DNA of 64,000 nt from Octopus vulgaris (GCA_951406725.2 OX597814.1:24490001-24554000), one strand, 5' to 3'; positions 1 through 12,844 are shown, counted from the stretch's first letter. Notes: generated by a model not told the origin, from the sequence alone. Translations and numbers: made by a program.

Positions 1-88
1 ATTTTCCATTCATCTATCATGATCTCGTTCAACTTTTTAAACTTATTTTCTGTAATGCCACGTACCCTTCTAATTATCATCCTGTATA
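1..88. repeat. Left arm of outer inverted repeat (partner 4261-4348); runs off the window start
   Basis: 1-88 is the reverse complement of 4261-4348 with about 3 mismatches. Confidence 0.9.
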
Positions 89-127
89 TATGCATGTGTG
101 TGTGTATATATATACATCATCATCATC

Positions 128-522
128 GTGTGGTAAGTAGCTTGCATACCAACCACATGGTTCCGGATTCAGTCCCACTGTGTGGCACCTTGGGCAAGTG
201 TCTTCTACTATAGCCTCAGGCCGACCAAAGCCTTGTGAGTGGATTTGGTAGACAGAAACTGAAAGAAGCCTGTCGTATATATGTATATATATATGTATGT
301 GTATATATATGTTTGTGTGCCTGTGTTTGTCCCTCTAGCATTGCTTGACAACTGATGCTGGTGTGTTTATGTCCCCGTAACTTAGCGTTTCGGCAAAAAA
401 GACCGATAGAATGAGTACTGGGCTCACAAAGAATAAGTCCTGAGGTCGAGTTGCTCAACTAAAGGCGGTGCTCCAGCATGGCCGCAGTCAACTGACTGAA
501 ACAAGTAAAAGAGTAAAAGAGA
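128..522 (+). mobile_element. tRNA-derived CORE-like SINE, family A
   Basis: tRNA-like head (tgtggtaag...ggattcagtccc), CORE-like ggcaccttgggcaagtgtctt, internal (TA/TG)n, tail gtaaaagagtaaaagag; many copies in window. Confidence 0.85.
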
Positions 523-581
523 GTATATATGTGTGTGTATATATACATGTATATATATGTGTGTGTGTCTATATATATATA

Positions 582-720
582 GCAAAAACTGTCTGATGAA
601 ACTCAGAGTAACAGATTTTGTTGAATTTTCTGCTGCTTAAAATAAAGCATATTACTCTACCACTGGTATTTGAGTACTCTTTTTTCCACCTTGTTTCACA
701 TTTATGTGTTTACTCCGGTA
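582..720 (+). mobile_element. Penelope-pLTR-like repeat with hammerhead remnant lacking stem II
   Basis: ctgt-CTGATGA-aactcaga-GTA-acag at 589-614; homologous to the reverse complement of 37092-37240; flanked by (TA)n. Confidence 0.6.
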
Positions 721-734
721 TATATATATATATA

Positions 735-2540
735 CTGGTAGAAAGTATGTATATATCTTATAAGTAGAATTAGGTGACTTGATATATATGTTTGTCATAT
801 ATTTCAACTGCTAAAAGGCAAATACACTGCAGTTACTGTGAAAAAATAATCTCTCTTATGGTAAAAAGGTGTGAAAACACCTGGTTCATTCAGTGTTGCC
901 ATCTATTAGGAATCCCAGACATCATTGTTTCGAGTTTTTTGACTCTTGTCAATGAGATGTACCTAAGAGAGGCAACTCTGAACAAACTTAATAAATCCGT
1001 AGCTTTATATATAATTCAGTCAACATGTTGTCTGATATGCACTAGTAAGATTGCCTGACCAAAGTAAAGAAGGAAGTGTCAGCGTGAAGCAGTGTGTAAG
1101 TATAAAACGATAAACGTCGCCCCTTTTCAAGCCTAGCCAGGTTCATGGGCCTGGTTTCCTGGTTTCTGTGGCATATGTGTTTCCCTCAGTTGGATGGGAA
1201 ATCAGTTCATCACAGCGTCACTCAAGAAACAGGAAGAGAGAGTGAGAAAAAGTTGTGGCAGAAGTGTACAACAGGGGTCGCCACCCCCCACCCCTGCTGG
1301 AGCCTCATGGAGCTTTTAGGTGTTTTTGCTCAATAAACACACACAACGCCTGGTCTGGGATATATATATATATATATATATCCTGCTCATTACCTTGCAT
1401 TCAGCCTTGGGTAGAGAGCAAATAGAGAACAAATTTAGAGTGAATTGTAGGTATTTGACATCTACCTCTAGCAAATAGGCACTGACATTCAAGCACCCTT
1501 AATAATAATTATACTTTTATGATTATGCACTTCAGAATTAATTTTACCTATATGGTCTTTTTTTATACACTAGCCACTGATATAAACATTTTAATGATTA
1601 TATCCTCAATTTATAAGAACACACACATATATATATACATACACACACACACACATACAATAAGCACAGAGAAAGAGAGGGTGAGGGAGAGAGCAAGAGA
1701 GACATAGATTATTAAAAGGATTAATATTATTCAATAAAATTATTTTAAAATACAGAAATTATTTTTCATGAACTCAAAATATTGTAGAAGAGGAGGAACA
1801 TTATGAATAAAGAAGCACACACATATATGTAACCCTCACACATATTTACACACACTCAAAAGCATTATAATAATTATACAGACATTTAAAATTATAAAAT
1901 AAGAGAAAATATATATATTAGTTCCAATCAATAAATTCATCTAAATTTTTTCCTTGATTTCACTATAATTGAAATTTATTTGCTTCAAGTAATATACTGT
2001 TCTGAAATATTTGTGTCAGGTGAGAAATAATTTTCGACAATAACTTGACACACTCTCCTGAAGCATATTACTCATCATTTTCTTGAAGACTGGAAAGTAG
2101 GGAACAAAGCAATAATTTAGTTATTTAATAAAAACAAAATTTCAGACTATGTATAATTAATATTTCATTTAAATTGGACCTCATCTATCACACCCCAACA
2201 CCACCACACCATCACACCACACATCACCACATCACACCACCCTGCATACACTAGCACTGACCACTTCCCAGCACCTACACCATCATCCACACACTTACAC
2301 ATGCACACGTCAAGGTCACACCCTCCTTCCATGTGCACATACACACGCATGCGCACCTTCATTTTGGTATCACCACTACTTTATTAGTGAACCAGGTGTT
2401 TTCACACCTTTTTACCATAAGAGAGATTATTTTTTCACAGTAACTGCAGTGTATTTGCCTTTTAGCAGTTGAAATATATGACAAACATATATATCAAGTC
2501 ACCTAATTCTACTTATAAGATATATACATACTTTCTACCA

Positions 2541-2541
<1 letters not shown>
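735..2541. mobile_element. 1.8-kb non-coding element bounded by 154-bp perfect inverted repeats in (TA)n
   Basis: 735-888 matches the reverse complement of 2388-2541 with no mismatch seen; TA tracts on both sides; no transposase ORF inside. Confidence 0.8.
1115..1360 (-). mobile_element. 5'-truncated SINE fragment (CORE/V-domain-like)
   Basis: Minus strand has gtgtttattgagcaaaaacacc and gtgatgaactgatttcccatcc...gaaaccaggaaacc, resembling SINE central domains as I recall them. Confidence 0.5.
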
Positions 2542-2580
<39 letters not shown>

Positions 2581-2582
<2 letters not shown>

Positions 2583-4148
2583 TCATCATCATTTAGCGTC
2601 CGTTTTCCATGCTAGCATGGGTTGGACGGTTCAACTGGGGTCTGTGAAGCTGGAAGGCTTCATCAGGCCCAGTCAGATCTGGCAGTGTTTCTACGGCTGG
2701 ACGCCCTTCCTAACGCCAACCACTCCGTAAGTGTAGTGGGTGCTTTTTACGTGCCACCCGCACAGGTGCCAGACAGAGCTGGCAAACAGCCACGAACGGA
2801 TGGTGCTTTTACGTATCACCGGCACGGGGGCCAGGCGAGGCTGGCCACGGACACAAACGGATGGTGCTTTTACGTGCCACCGACACGGGGGCCAGACAGA
2901 GCTGGCAAACGGCCACGAACGGATGGTGCTTTTACGTGTCACCGGCACGGGGGCCAGGCGAGGCTGGCAGCGGACACGAACGGTTGGTGCTTTTACGTGC
3001 CACCGGCACTGAGGCTAGATAGGGCGGCGCCGGCAACGACCACGATCGGATGGTTCGCTTAACCACAGCTGCAATTCCCACTGATGTTGATCGACCTCAA
3101 TTTTTGTTCTGCTTTCTGATATATGAATTGATTTGGTTTGATTTTGATTTTGACTGTTCTCACTGGTCTTGCCGGGTCTTCTCACGCACAGCATACTTCC
3201 ATAGGTCTTGGTCTCTGGTCATTTCCTTGGTGAGACCCAAAGTTCGAAGGTCGTGCTTCACCACCACGACCCAGGTTTTCCTGGGTCTACCTCCTCCACA
3301 GGTCCCCTCAACTGCCAGGGTGTGGCACTTTCGCACACAACTATCTTCAGCCATTCTCATCACATGACCATACCAGCGCAAATGTCTCTCTTGCACACAA
3401 CAACTGATGCTTCTTAGGTCCAACTTTTCTCTCAAGGTACTTACACTCTGTCGATTATGAACACTGACATTACACATCCATTGGAGCATACTAAGCTTCA
3501 TTTCTTGTGAGCTTACGCAAATCCTCAGCAGTCACAGCCCAAGTTTCACTACCATGTAGCATGGCTGTACGTACACATGCATCATACAGTCTGCCTTCTA
3601 CTTTGAGCGAGAGGCGTTTTGTCACCAGCAGGGGTAAGAGCTCTCTAAACTTTGCCCAGGCTATTCTTACTCTAGCAGTTACACCTTCAGCACAACCACC
3701 CCTGCTACTGACTTGGTCACCTAGGTAGAGGAAGCTATCAACTACTTCTAGTTTTTCTCCCTGGAACGTGGTAGAAGTTGGTCTCTGCATATTTTCAGAG
3801 TTTATTGGTCCTGAGCATCTGCCACAGATAAAAACTATTTTCCTAGTTAGTCTTCCTTTGACATTACTACATCTCTTATGTGTCCATAGCTTACATTTGG
3901 TGCATCTTATAGAGTTTCTACCTACGCCTTTTCTACAGATCGAGCAGGGCAATCTACCTGAAGGCGTTTGTGATTGGTCTACCTTCCTACTTATTAGGAC
4001 TTTGGTTTTGGCTAGGTTGATTCTAAGGCGCTTCGATTCTAAACCTTGCTACCATTTCTGAAACTTCTCCTCTAGTTCTGATAGAGACTCAGCAATTAGA
4101 GCAAGGTCATCAGCATAGAGGAGCTCCCAAGGGCATCCTGTCTTGAAT
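2581..4148 (-). mobile_element. 5'-truncated RTE-clade LINE: RT C-terminus, PHD-like finger, 3' UTR with tandem repeats, (GAT)n tail
   Basis: Minus translation PWELLYADDLAL, then CSICRKGVGRNSIRCTKCKLWTHKRC...CGRC, LEVVDSFLYLG, LRWYGHVMRM, GRPRKTW; in-frame stop and frameshift present. Confidence 0.92.
2740..3060 (-). repeat. Five ~61-bp tandem units in the RTE 3' UTR (ABAB-C pattern)
   Basis: Repeated tgcttttacgtgccaccggcac...gccag(N6)ctggc...gaacggatgg. Confidence 0.9.
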
Positions 4149-4260
4149 TATATATATATATATAGACATACACACATATACATGTATATGTATATATACA
4201 TCTATATACACACACACACACATATATATATACATGTATATATACACACACACATACATA

Positions 4261-4348
4261 TATACAGGATGATAATTTGAAGGGTACGTGGCATTACAGA
4301 AAATAAGTTTAAAAAATTGAACGAGATCATGATAGATGAACGGAAAAT
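4261..4348. repeat. Right arm of outer inverted repeat (partner 1-88)
   Basis: Reverse complement of 1-88. Confidence 0.9.
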
Positions 4349-6154
4349 TTATACACATGCTCTTTATACACACACACACACACACACACACTCATTGACA
4401 CACTTGCTTTAAATGATACTATTTATCCAACTATGCATCTCATTTTATTATTATTACTGTCCCTTATCACCACCTCTCTGTTCCACTCCTATTTCCTTCA
4501 CTTCGTCCATTCAGTGTGTCCAATTTAATCCCCATCTCTAATCATCTATCATACACTTTTTACATTCCCAAGAACCATAGTTACCACCCACTCATTTTGT
4601 TCCTCTACCCCTATTATCTCTCGTTTATTCACCTTGTACCTTGTACACCCACACCATCTCTCTTTTCCCTCTATCATTCTCTCTCACACATTCATTCATT
4701 CTCTCTCACTCACTCTCTCACTCACACACTCATTCTCTCTCTCTCTCTATCTGTCTCTTCTCTCCAACAGGTAATTCATGTATCACCTCTTCAGCAAAAC
4801 ATCTGTTTCTGTCCTTCTTTCCTTCTTTCACCTCATTTAATATTATGTTGAAGGCTATTGTCCTACAGGTACTTTGTAACCTCATCAGTGTCAATGTCAC
4901 TAAAATGTACTCAACATACTCTGTAAAGTGTTTGGCATTAGGAAAGTCATCCACCTGAATAAACCCTGTCAGAGTAGACACTGGAGCTTGGCAAAATACT
5001 CTGACTTGTTGGTTCCCATTGAGCTGTCCTAATAATGCCAGCATGGAAAAGATATTGCAAATGGTGATAATGATGATGGTAGTAGTGGTTATAAAGGCGG
5101 TGGCGGTAGTGATGGTGGTGGAAATAAAGCTTGTGCAAGGCAAATAAAGCAAAATAAATTTCAACAAAAAATAATTAGACGAAATACTATTAGAAATGCG
5201 GCATACACTTTCAACTATACGTGTCAATGAAACAAGCCGTTTCACTAATCAGCCCTTGGCTCTGATAATAAATCCATTAGGTTTTCATTAAACCACGTTA
5301 TTAACTGCAAACCAGTACCAGGTAACCCCAATCTATGCTTTATATCACACTCACAATGGCAAACGAAATGAATCCTTAGCCTCATGAGTACACCAACAAT
5401 CCAATGGTTTCAAATAGAAGAGCTAGGGGGGCCATACAATAATGGTTACATAATTATGAATATCATCACTATTTCTTTCTTGATCATGAGGGGCTCACAA
5501 TTACCTTGGCCACTTTCTTCAAACAAGGCTTGACCACTGTATCTAGCATTTTGGTGCTGTCACAGCACTGACCTAGAGGCCATGTGGTTTAAAATGAAAA
5601 AGCATAAGGTTTTCCTTACTCTTGACCTCAGGGCCATCAAAGACAATGTATACTTGGTTTTCACCATTAACGTTACCTCTTTGTCTTCATACATATCCAC
5701 CTTTGCTTTATTCAGCTCTAGTCCTGGTTAAAATTCATATTGGAGAAGAATCAGATCATGATTGGCGTCTGAGGTATTCGAGCATGTTCAGAAAGCACTT
5801 TAACTGAATAACATAGCACTTCTTGCTCTTTCCAAATATGAACTGCTCACTTGACATCAAATAAAACTTGTATCTGAGGTCATATCTGATGCACTACATG
5901 TTGCATAGTGCATATGTCTAATAGTGGACTTTGCTATCTTAGCTGCTTTGGTGAAAATCATCATGAAGCTGCTGGGGTTGATGTGAAGTATGTCCAGAAA
6001 CTTTAGCACAGTGTGATTCTCTATTTCAAGTGTCTGATGGAATCTGCCATGTTTATGTTAAGGAATATATCTGAAATGGGATAGAAGTAGTTAAAAATTT
6101 GTACACCCCGCATAATATTCAGGTTAATCCAGGATTTAAATGTAAAGTTATTAA

Positions 6155-6385
6155 GTGAGGTCATTGCCAGTGCCACCTGGCTGGCCCTCATGCCGGTGGC
6201 ATGTAAAAAGCACCCACTACACTCTTGGAGTGATTGGCATTAGGAAGGGCATCCAGCTGTAGAAACTTTGCCATATCAGATTGGAGCCTGGTGTAGCCAT
6301 CTGGTTCGCCAGTCCTCAGTCAAACCGTCCAACCCATGCTAGCATGGAAAGCAGACATTAAACGACGACGACGATAATGATGATA
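6155..6385 (+). mobile_element. RTE 3'-tail element (family C)
   Basis: ggcattaggaagggcatccagctgtagaaac...catgctagcatggaaa...(GAC/GAT)n, the same tail as 2581-2740. Confidence 0.85.
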
Positions 6386-6409
6386 TATATGTGTGTGTGA
6401 GTTTATGTG

Positions 6410-6560
6410 CAGACGCAGCTGTATGGTAAGAATTTTGCTTCTCAATCACATGGTTTCACGTTCTGTTGCACTGCATGATACTTTGGACAAGTGTTTTCAA
6501 CTCAAGCCTCATACCAACCAAAACCTTGTGAGCATCTGCAATAGAGGGTAACTGAAAAAA
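6410..6560 (+). mobile_element. Degenerate family A SINE head
   Basis: ctttggacaagtgtttt...accaaaaccttgtgag resembles 128-280. Confidence 0.6.
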
Positions 6561-6582
6561 GATACTAGTATATATATGTATG

Positions 6583-6614
<32 letters not shown>

Positions 6615-7020
6615 AAGTTTTTGCGTGCATTTAGTATAATGTTAATTTCTATTGGGGTTAGGTTAGTAAAGTTCCTAGCAAGAAGAAGAGCTTAATTAAG
6701 TAGTTTAGGAGAAATAGAAGAGAAATAGTTGTTTATGTCGAATTGTAAAAAGGAATGTGAGTTTTTGGTATTTAGAAGATGGAACCATGTAATAACTTCA
6801 CCAGTCTGGGACCAAAGGTTAACTTTTAATTTGTCCTTGACGATAGGTACTATTTTGTCTAAAATGTTTTTGCTTACCCTTCCTAGGTTGGATTTGGTGG
6901 GGCATATTAAGTTTATTGAAGGTTTGGTAATAAAGTCCTTCTTGAGATCTTTAAGATTAAAGTGTGGAGATGCAGGGCTGTATGGTTCGGTTCGGTCATC
7001 CAATTGTAATTTCCTCATAA
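6615..7020 (-). pseudogene. Penelope-like element reverse transcriptase fragment
   Basis: LKDLKKDFITKPSINLICPTKSNLGRVSKNILD...NLWSQT..VITWF...FLQFDINNYFSSI, continuing past a stop as ALLLARNFTNLTPIEINIILNARK; matches the PLE RT pattern RLINPxKS...FDIxxFYPSI from memory. Confidence 0.7.
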
Positions 7021-7199
7021 GTTTGCAGTTGTTTTGTGTGTATGTGTTTGTCTCCTATCACTACTTGACAGCCTGATTTGGTTAAGTTTCTGTAAGTTAG
7101 AGGTTTGGTAAAAGAGGCTGGAAGAATAAATCTCAAGCTTAAAAATAATTGTATACGTTAATTATATTCATAGCTGCATATAATTCATGCTAGTTGACT

Positions 7200-10100
7200 A
7201 TAAGTGTATTGTATCCAAGGCAGAGATAGTCACCAAACTCCAAACAGTTTTTTACTAGATCCCTATACCAATCAACCTTATGCTTTTAATCCTGAAACAC
7301 AGCAAACAAATGCTTCTCATGTATCCCACAAACCACAAAGTTTAATATTACTACAAAGGTTAATCCAGGTGTACAATCTATTCTGTGTACAATATAAATC
7401 CATGTCAGAAACAGATGCAGCAAATATACAGAATTTTCATATGGAAATCAATGCGGCTGAACGTGATAATACTTATACATATCCAATAGCTTCTGAGGCA
7501 GCAGCTATACTTTACTTTATGGAATAGGCAAAAACATTTAGTGGGAATGACAGAACGTTTTATACAAGCATGAAGAAAGAGATTGAAAATCTGTTTAGTA
7601 GTTACGTAAGCTATATTATCTATTGTGCATTGTAGTTTCATATTTTGAATGGTGAATGATATCATATAAAATCTGAACTTAAAAAGAGAACTTCTACCTA
7701 TAATGGAGTTGGTTCAGTTAGCTGGGAACTGTATTATGTGGTCTGGCTGTGTTCTGCTCCCATATAAAACCACTTGCAATATTTTGATTTTGCCAACAAT
7801 GTTGTGTGTGTTGTTTTACTGATTGATGTTTCAATTGTTACATTACAGAAGCTATTATGCTGAATGGCTGCAGCTAGTGTGTAAGAAAGGAAAATGTTAT
7901 GCGCAGCAAAAGGAGATCTTTCAACACAATGTCAGGGAAGTATAGCTGCTAGTTGATCAAGAAAACCTCTGCTAATGCCCTGGCTTCCTGGCTCTCTGTC
8001 ATTTTTTGCTCTGTATTTCTTGTGCATCTCAATTTCTAACCATGATCTGGCACAAACCTGCATGGAATAATCCATCTGATTACCCCTCTATAGAAATGCA
8101 CCAGAACAATGATTGGTTGAAATATAGGCTTAAGTCACCTGATATATCTTGGCCTTCATCTGTTACTGGACAGGCAAAGTTTTGAATACTAAGCACTGAT
8201 ACATTGGCAATAGTTTGTGAAAATGATTTTGCTGTACCAAAACACTCTGGAAGACTGATGCAAAAATGTATCAGAGGCATGTATGCAAAAATTGATGGAT
8301 TGCTAGAAAACTTTTGTTGTAATAATTAAACAGAAATGCATGCAAAATTATATGAGTGTATGGACAAAAGGGATGATCATTCAGCTGGGGAGACTGGATC
8401 CTTAGTAGTGTTACAGTCCTCATTTACAGGGAGAACACAACACAAGCAATAGTTTTAGCTGAATGCAATTGCTATTGTAAAATACTTTAGGAAACTAGGT
8501 CTCTTTATTATATTTACATGTAACCTCGTTTGCTCCGTAAATTTACTGAACAGATGCAATATGAACCAACAACAGCTGATCCTCCAGTCCAGTATGCAGG
8601 AGTCTTTAATATGATCAGTTTCAAAATACGTATATGTTTGGGAAAGTGGAGGAAATAGTCTCTGTAGTTGAGTTCCAAAAATGAGGCAAATTATGAGAAA
8701 ATTGTATGTGCTAAGTACTTACATTTATTCGAAATTCTTGAACATTTCCTCCTTGCAAATTGCATGCTTCATGGCCCATGTGGACCATTAATCTGAATGC
8801 AGCATGTATGGACATGCAAATAGTTCAAACTAAGCTCTATTACTTTTGTTATTCTATAGAGTTCTGTATTGAAACTATGGCTACATCCGACAGCTGCCCA
8901 CAATAGAATTGATGAGAATGTACAATGTCCCAAAACATTACTCGTACATGTGTTTATGACAAATGACATGTTTCAGTATAAAATCCGTATTTGTAGGAAA
9001 ATGTTCAATGTTCATGTCAATGTTGAATTTGTTTCACAGGGAAGTCAATAAAGTACATATTCAAATATGTAACCAAACGTGGCAACCATATTCAGGCTAG
9101 TATTATACATGATGAAGATAACAAACATCAAATCACTGATTCTCAGATCCAGTTGCTGGTATATCTGTGTGTACAAATATTAATTTTCTATTTGGAAAAT
9201 AAACAAAATGTTTATGTATCAATTAATGCAACTGAGTAAGAAAAGCTGAGTAAAAAAGAGATACAAGAGAAAATTCTATCAACTTAATGATTCCATGTGA
9301 AGAATGACATATGTACTTATCTTGAATTACTTCATGAAGACACTTGGAATTTCCAACAACATAAGTGGACTAAGAGATCAATGAGTTTTACAATCGGTTG
9401 AATGATTCATGTGAACCCAAAAAGCAGTGACCAGTATTGCCTCAGACTTCTACTACAAAATGCATAATGCATAACATCATTTAAGGAATGAAGAAATGAA
9501 TGGGAATTATCCAATGTGTTGATGTGAATGACAATATTCTTCATGATGTTATAAAGTTAACTGCATACTGTTCTTGATAGCTCTGAGGAAAGTGTAAAGT
9601 ATATTTGTAAGCAAACTAACGCCACTGTGAATTGGCAAAACTACTTCAGCTATACAACAAGTATAATGAACAACTGAGAAAATACTTTCACTGGATATCG
9701 AGGGGTGAATCACTTGAATGCTGGGAGCATCAAATGCGATAGGGTTATCATCACGGTTTTCAGATGAAGAAAAAGGTTTGAAAATATTTTTGTTGCTCCT
9801 ACAGATTCCCAAGTTGTCAGATTGGAGTATGATTCTATACTGAATAAAAAGTTCTTTGAAACAGGACCAAGCGATATTGGTGCATATACACATTAGGAGA
9901 CAAAAAGGAGCAGTGTATGGAATATAACAACATTATGGCCAGCATCTCTGAGCCATCAGAATCTGATCCGAGAATATACTTTCCCGTGATGGTCCTAGTG
10001 CCTCTGGGAAAATATACTTGTTTAGAGGAATACCAAAAAGTCTTCAAACTTTAGGCTAGATTATATTGGTTGTAGAAGTGATCCATGGAAAGTGAACCCA

Positions 10101-11000
10101 AAAATAGTTGTGAAGCTAACCAATGAAAACATAATAACCAATAAATTAGCAATTAAACTTAAGTTACTATGCCGCTCAATGTGGGTTAAATACAATGAGA
10201 ATGTAAATACATTCTTTCAATATTACTCATGTGCAGTAAATGGAGAAAATCTCCTCTTGGATTGTTTCTGGAAATGTTGAGTGCTTTTCGGTGAAGAAGT
10301 CTTCACTGATGAGCACTGAACAAATGATGTCTGGAGACTCCATATATCTCTTGCTCCTTTTCTATTCATCAATATTATAGAATGAATGAAGGTAACGAGC
10401 TGGGTAAAGTGCTTAGCAGCATTTCATTCAGCTTTACATTTTAAGTTCAAATTCTGCTGAGGTGGACTTTACCTTTCATCCTTTTGGGATCGATAAAATA
10501 AGTACCAGTTGAGTACTGGGGTCGATGTAATCAACTTAACTCCCTCCCCCAAACTTGCTAGCCTTGTGCCAAAATTTGAAACCAATATTATAGAAAGAAT
10601 GTGTTTAAATTCTTATTTAACACACAATGAGATTGCGTAATATCTATTTTATTCTTCTGGCTTTGTGCCTATGTTGGAAATAAACTTAATTTAATTTAAT
10701 GTCCCTTTTTAATGAAATGAATTATCTTGGCTCTTTCTTACAAGAAACTCAGTTCTTGGCACACTTTCAGAGAGGTACACCTGTGTATCATTCACAATCG
10801 ACAGTCTTGCACGGAATTTGTCTTTGGTTATAAACGTTGCTGAAAACATTGTTCACACCGATACGAGAATGAGAACAATAAAAGCTTTCTACCCAAGTTG
10901 CATTCAATAATAATAAATATTCATTCTTAAATGAGCGATCCTTCAGAAGTGGTATTTTTATTGCTTATGTAGCAAGCTATGAAATTCTTATATTCTCTTA
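7200..11000 (+). mobile_element. Degraded Helitron Rep-Pif1 helicase remnant with later insertions
   Basis: Colinear motifs VLQSSFTG..NAIAIVKYFRKLGLFIIFTCN (~8410-8525), VVEFQK*G (~8665), LHGPCG (~8770), HVNVEF..IKYIFKYV (~9010-9075), Walker A-like DGPSASGKIYLF (~9988-10023); many stops and frameshifts; 3' boundary uncertain. Confidence 0.8.
10390..10585 (+). mobile_element. tRNA-derived SINE family B (Nin/Deu-like central domain)
   Basis: gttcaaattc B-box-like motif and ctttcatccttttgggatcgataaaataagtaccag. Confidence 0.8.
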
Positions 11001-12270
11001 ATTTCCACCTCAGGGTACCAGCAGATAAAATGGAAAAAGCATTGCCCTGGAGGATAGTAAGGAAAATACAATCTTGGTTCTCCTCTTGGGTAACCCTAGG
11101 CATGTGTATCTTAAACTCGAAAATGCATCTTTAAAAATGTCAAAACAGTTAAACAAATATCAGTAGTTCTAAGCATTTCATGTTGTGTGACTGCTATAAT
11201 TCTTAGTCAGAACAGAACACGAGAACTGTAAACAGAAATAGATTAAGCTACTGTATATTTAAATATGTGAGTCTACCACAGTAATGAAGAAGCCTCAAAA
11301 GAGTTGCTCAAACTTCTAAAAACAATGTCACACATATTAAGCTTGACAATTAACACATTGGATAATGTAGTTCTAGACATATAATGTCAGCAGCCTTCTA
11401 AAATAAATACAAGTTACTCGTAGCTAGAATAACTTTGATCATAGGATTGCCCAATCATGGTTTAGCTGGGGCCTAAATTACAACAACAACAACAACAACA
11501 GCAGCAGCAGCAGTAACGGAATATATGATTCTGTAGATACCTACCCATAAATAATGACATATACTTTTGCTACTCAGTGATTTATGTCAATAATTGTTCT
11601 GTAACGCCATGAAAGAAAATGTGAGCCAAAACTAATTTCTGTCAAATGAATGTAAATATGAAAAGAAACCTAAAATAGCCACGACAGGAATATAAAGCAA
11701 CAGACGCATTCAATAAGTATGAAAAGAAAAATAATATTTGTAGGGGATCAAATTTGACATAAGTAGGAAAACATTACAATCAAACAAGATTGGTTTGAAT
11801 TATGGGCATCAGTGTGTTGGATTCAATTATATTTCTTCTCAAATCTACAGATAGAATATTTATTCTGTTTCATCAACTCATCATTATTAAAGGTCAGACT
11901 ATTTCTTCACTTTTATGTTCTATAACAGTAGAAAGGAAAGTTGTAACTGATTGCTAGTCCATACCAATTTGTTTCTATTAGTAAACTTTTATGTGATGAT
12001 AATTTCAAACAATACTTGCCTACTTGAAAGAAATATTTAGACTGTGTGTCTATATTTGAGTGTATTATATAAAACATTATTAAATGCAACGATTTATATT
12101 ATATATTCTTCATACACACACAAACACACACACACACATATATATATGGGTGTGTGTGGGTGCATGCACACACATACACTGAGACAGTATACTGTAGTCA
12201 GTAAATTAGTATCCTATAAATTTGAAAATTTTATATTTTAGTAGTAGTAGTAGTATCAGATGATAATAAT

Positions 12271-12301
<31 letters not shown>

Positions 12302-12343
12302 CCCCAGTGTCACTTTGATGGCATGCACTGCTCTCTCTCTCTC

Positions 12344-12379
<36 letters not shown>

Positions 12380-12384
12380 CATTA

Positions 12385-12549
12385 CAGTAGCAAGCATTTT
12401 GTCAGTCTTCACATTCTGAGTTCAAATTCTGCCAAGGTCGACTTTCATCCTTCTGGGGTTAATAAAATAAGTACCAGTAGACCACTGTGGTTGATATAAT
12501 CGACTTAACCCACCTCTAAAAGTGATGACTTTGGGCCAAAATTCGACAC

Positions 12550-12619
<70 letters not shown>

Positions 12620-12844
12620 GTTATTATTATTATTGCTATTAGGCTGTGAGTTGTTAGAATTGTTAGTATGTTGGGCAAAATGCTTAATGGGATTTCGTCC
12701 ATCTTTACATGGTGATTTCACATTTCGCTGAGATCAACTTTGCCTTTTGTGGTTGATAAATTAAGTACCAATGAAACACTGAGGTTGATGTAATTGACTA
12801 TTCTCAAACCCTAAATTTCAGGCCTTGTGCCTTTAGTAGAAACG

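Noticed and set aside
892-910. CTCF-like motif (taatagatggcaacac on the minus strand); similar tagatggcgc at ~56021
   Set aside because: Partial match only, with no supporting context
2740-3060. CRISPR-like repeat/spacer appearance (also 51555-51830)
   Set aside because: The variable parts are homologous to each other, the array lies in a LINE 3' UTR, there are no cas genes, and the context is eukaryotic
2622-3367. GC-rich ORFs over the RTE UTR and antisense ORFs over LINEs
   Set aside because: Open by chance in tandem repeats, or antisense to transposon coding sequence
4741-4776. Recursive-splice-like polypyrimidine-AG/GTAA sites on + (4770, 29570, 33240)
   Set aside because: Plausible by chance in pyrimidine-rich DNA, and no plus-strand gene was identified
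5205-5260. Possible hammerhead on the minus strand (CTGATTA, gtgaaac/gtttcat hairpin)
   Set aside because: Both core boxes are mutated and there is no stem I
5500-6100. Possible R2/NeSL-like RT remnant on the minus strand
   Set aside because: Too degraded to support by eye
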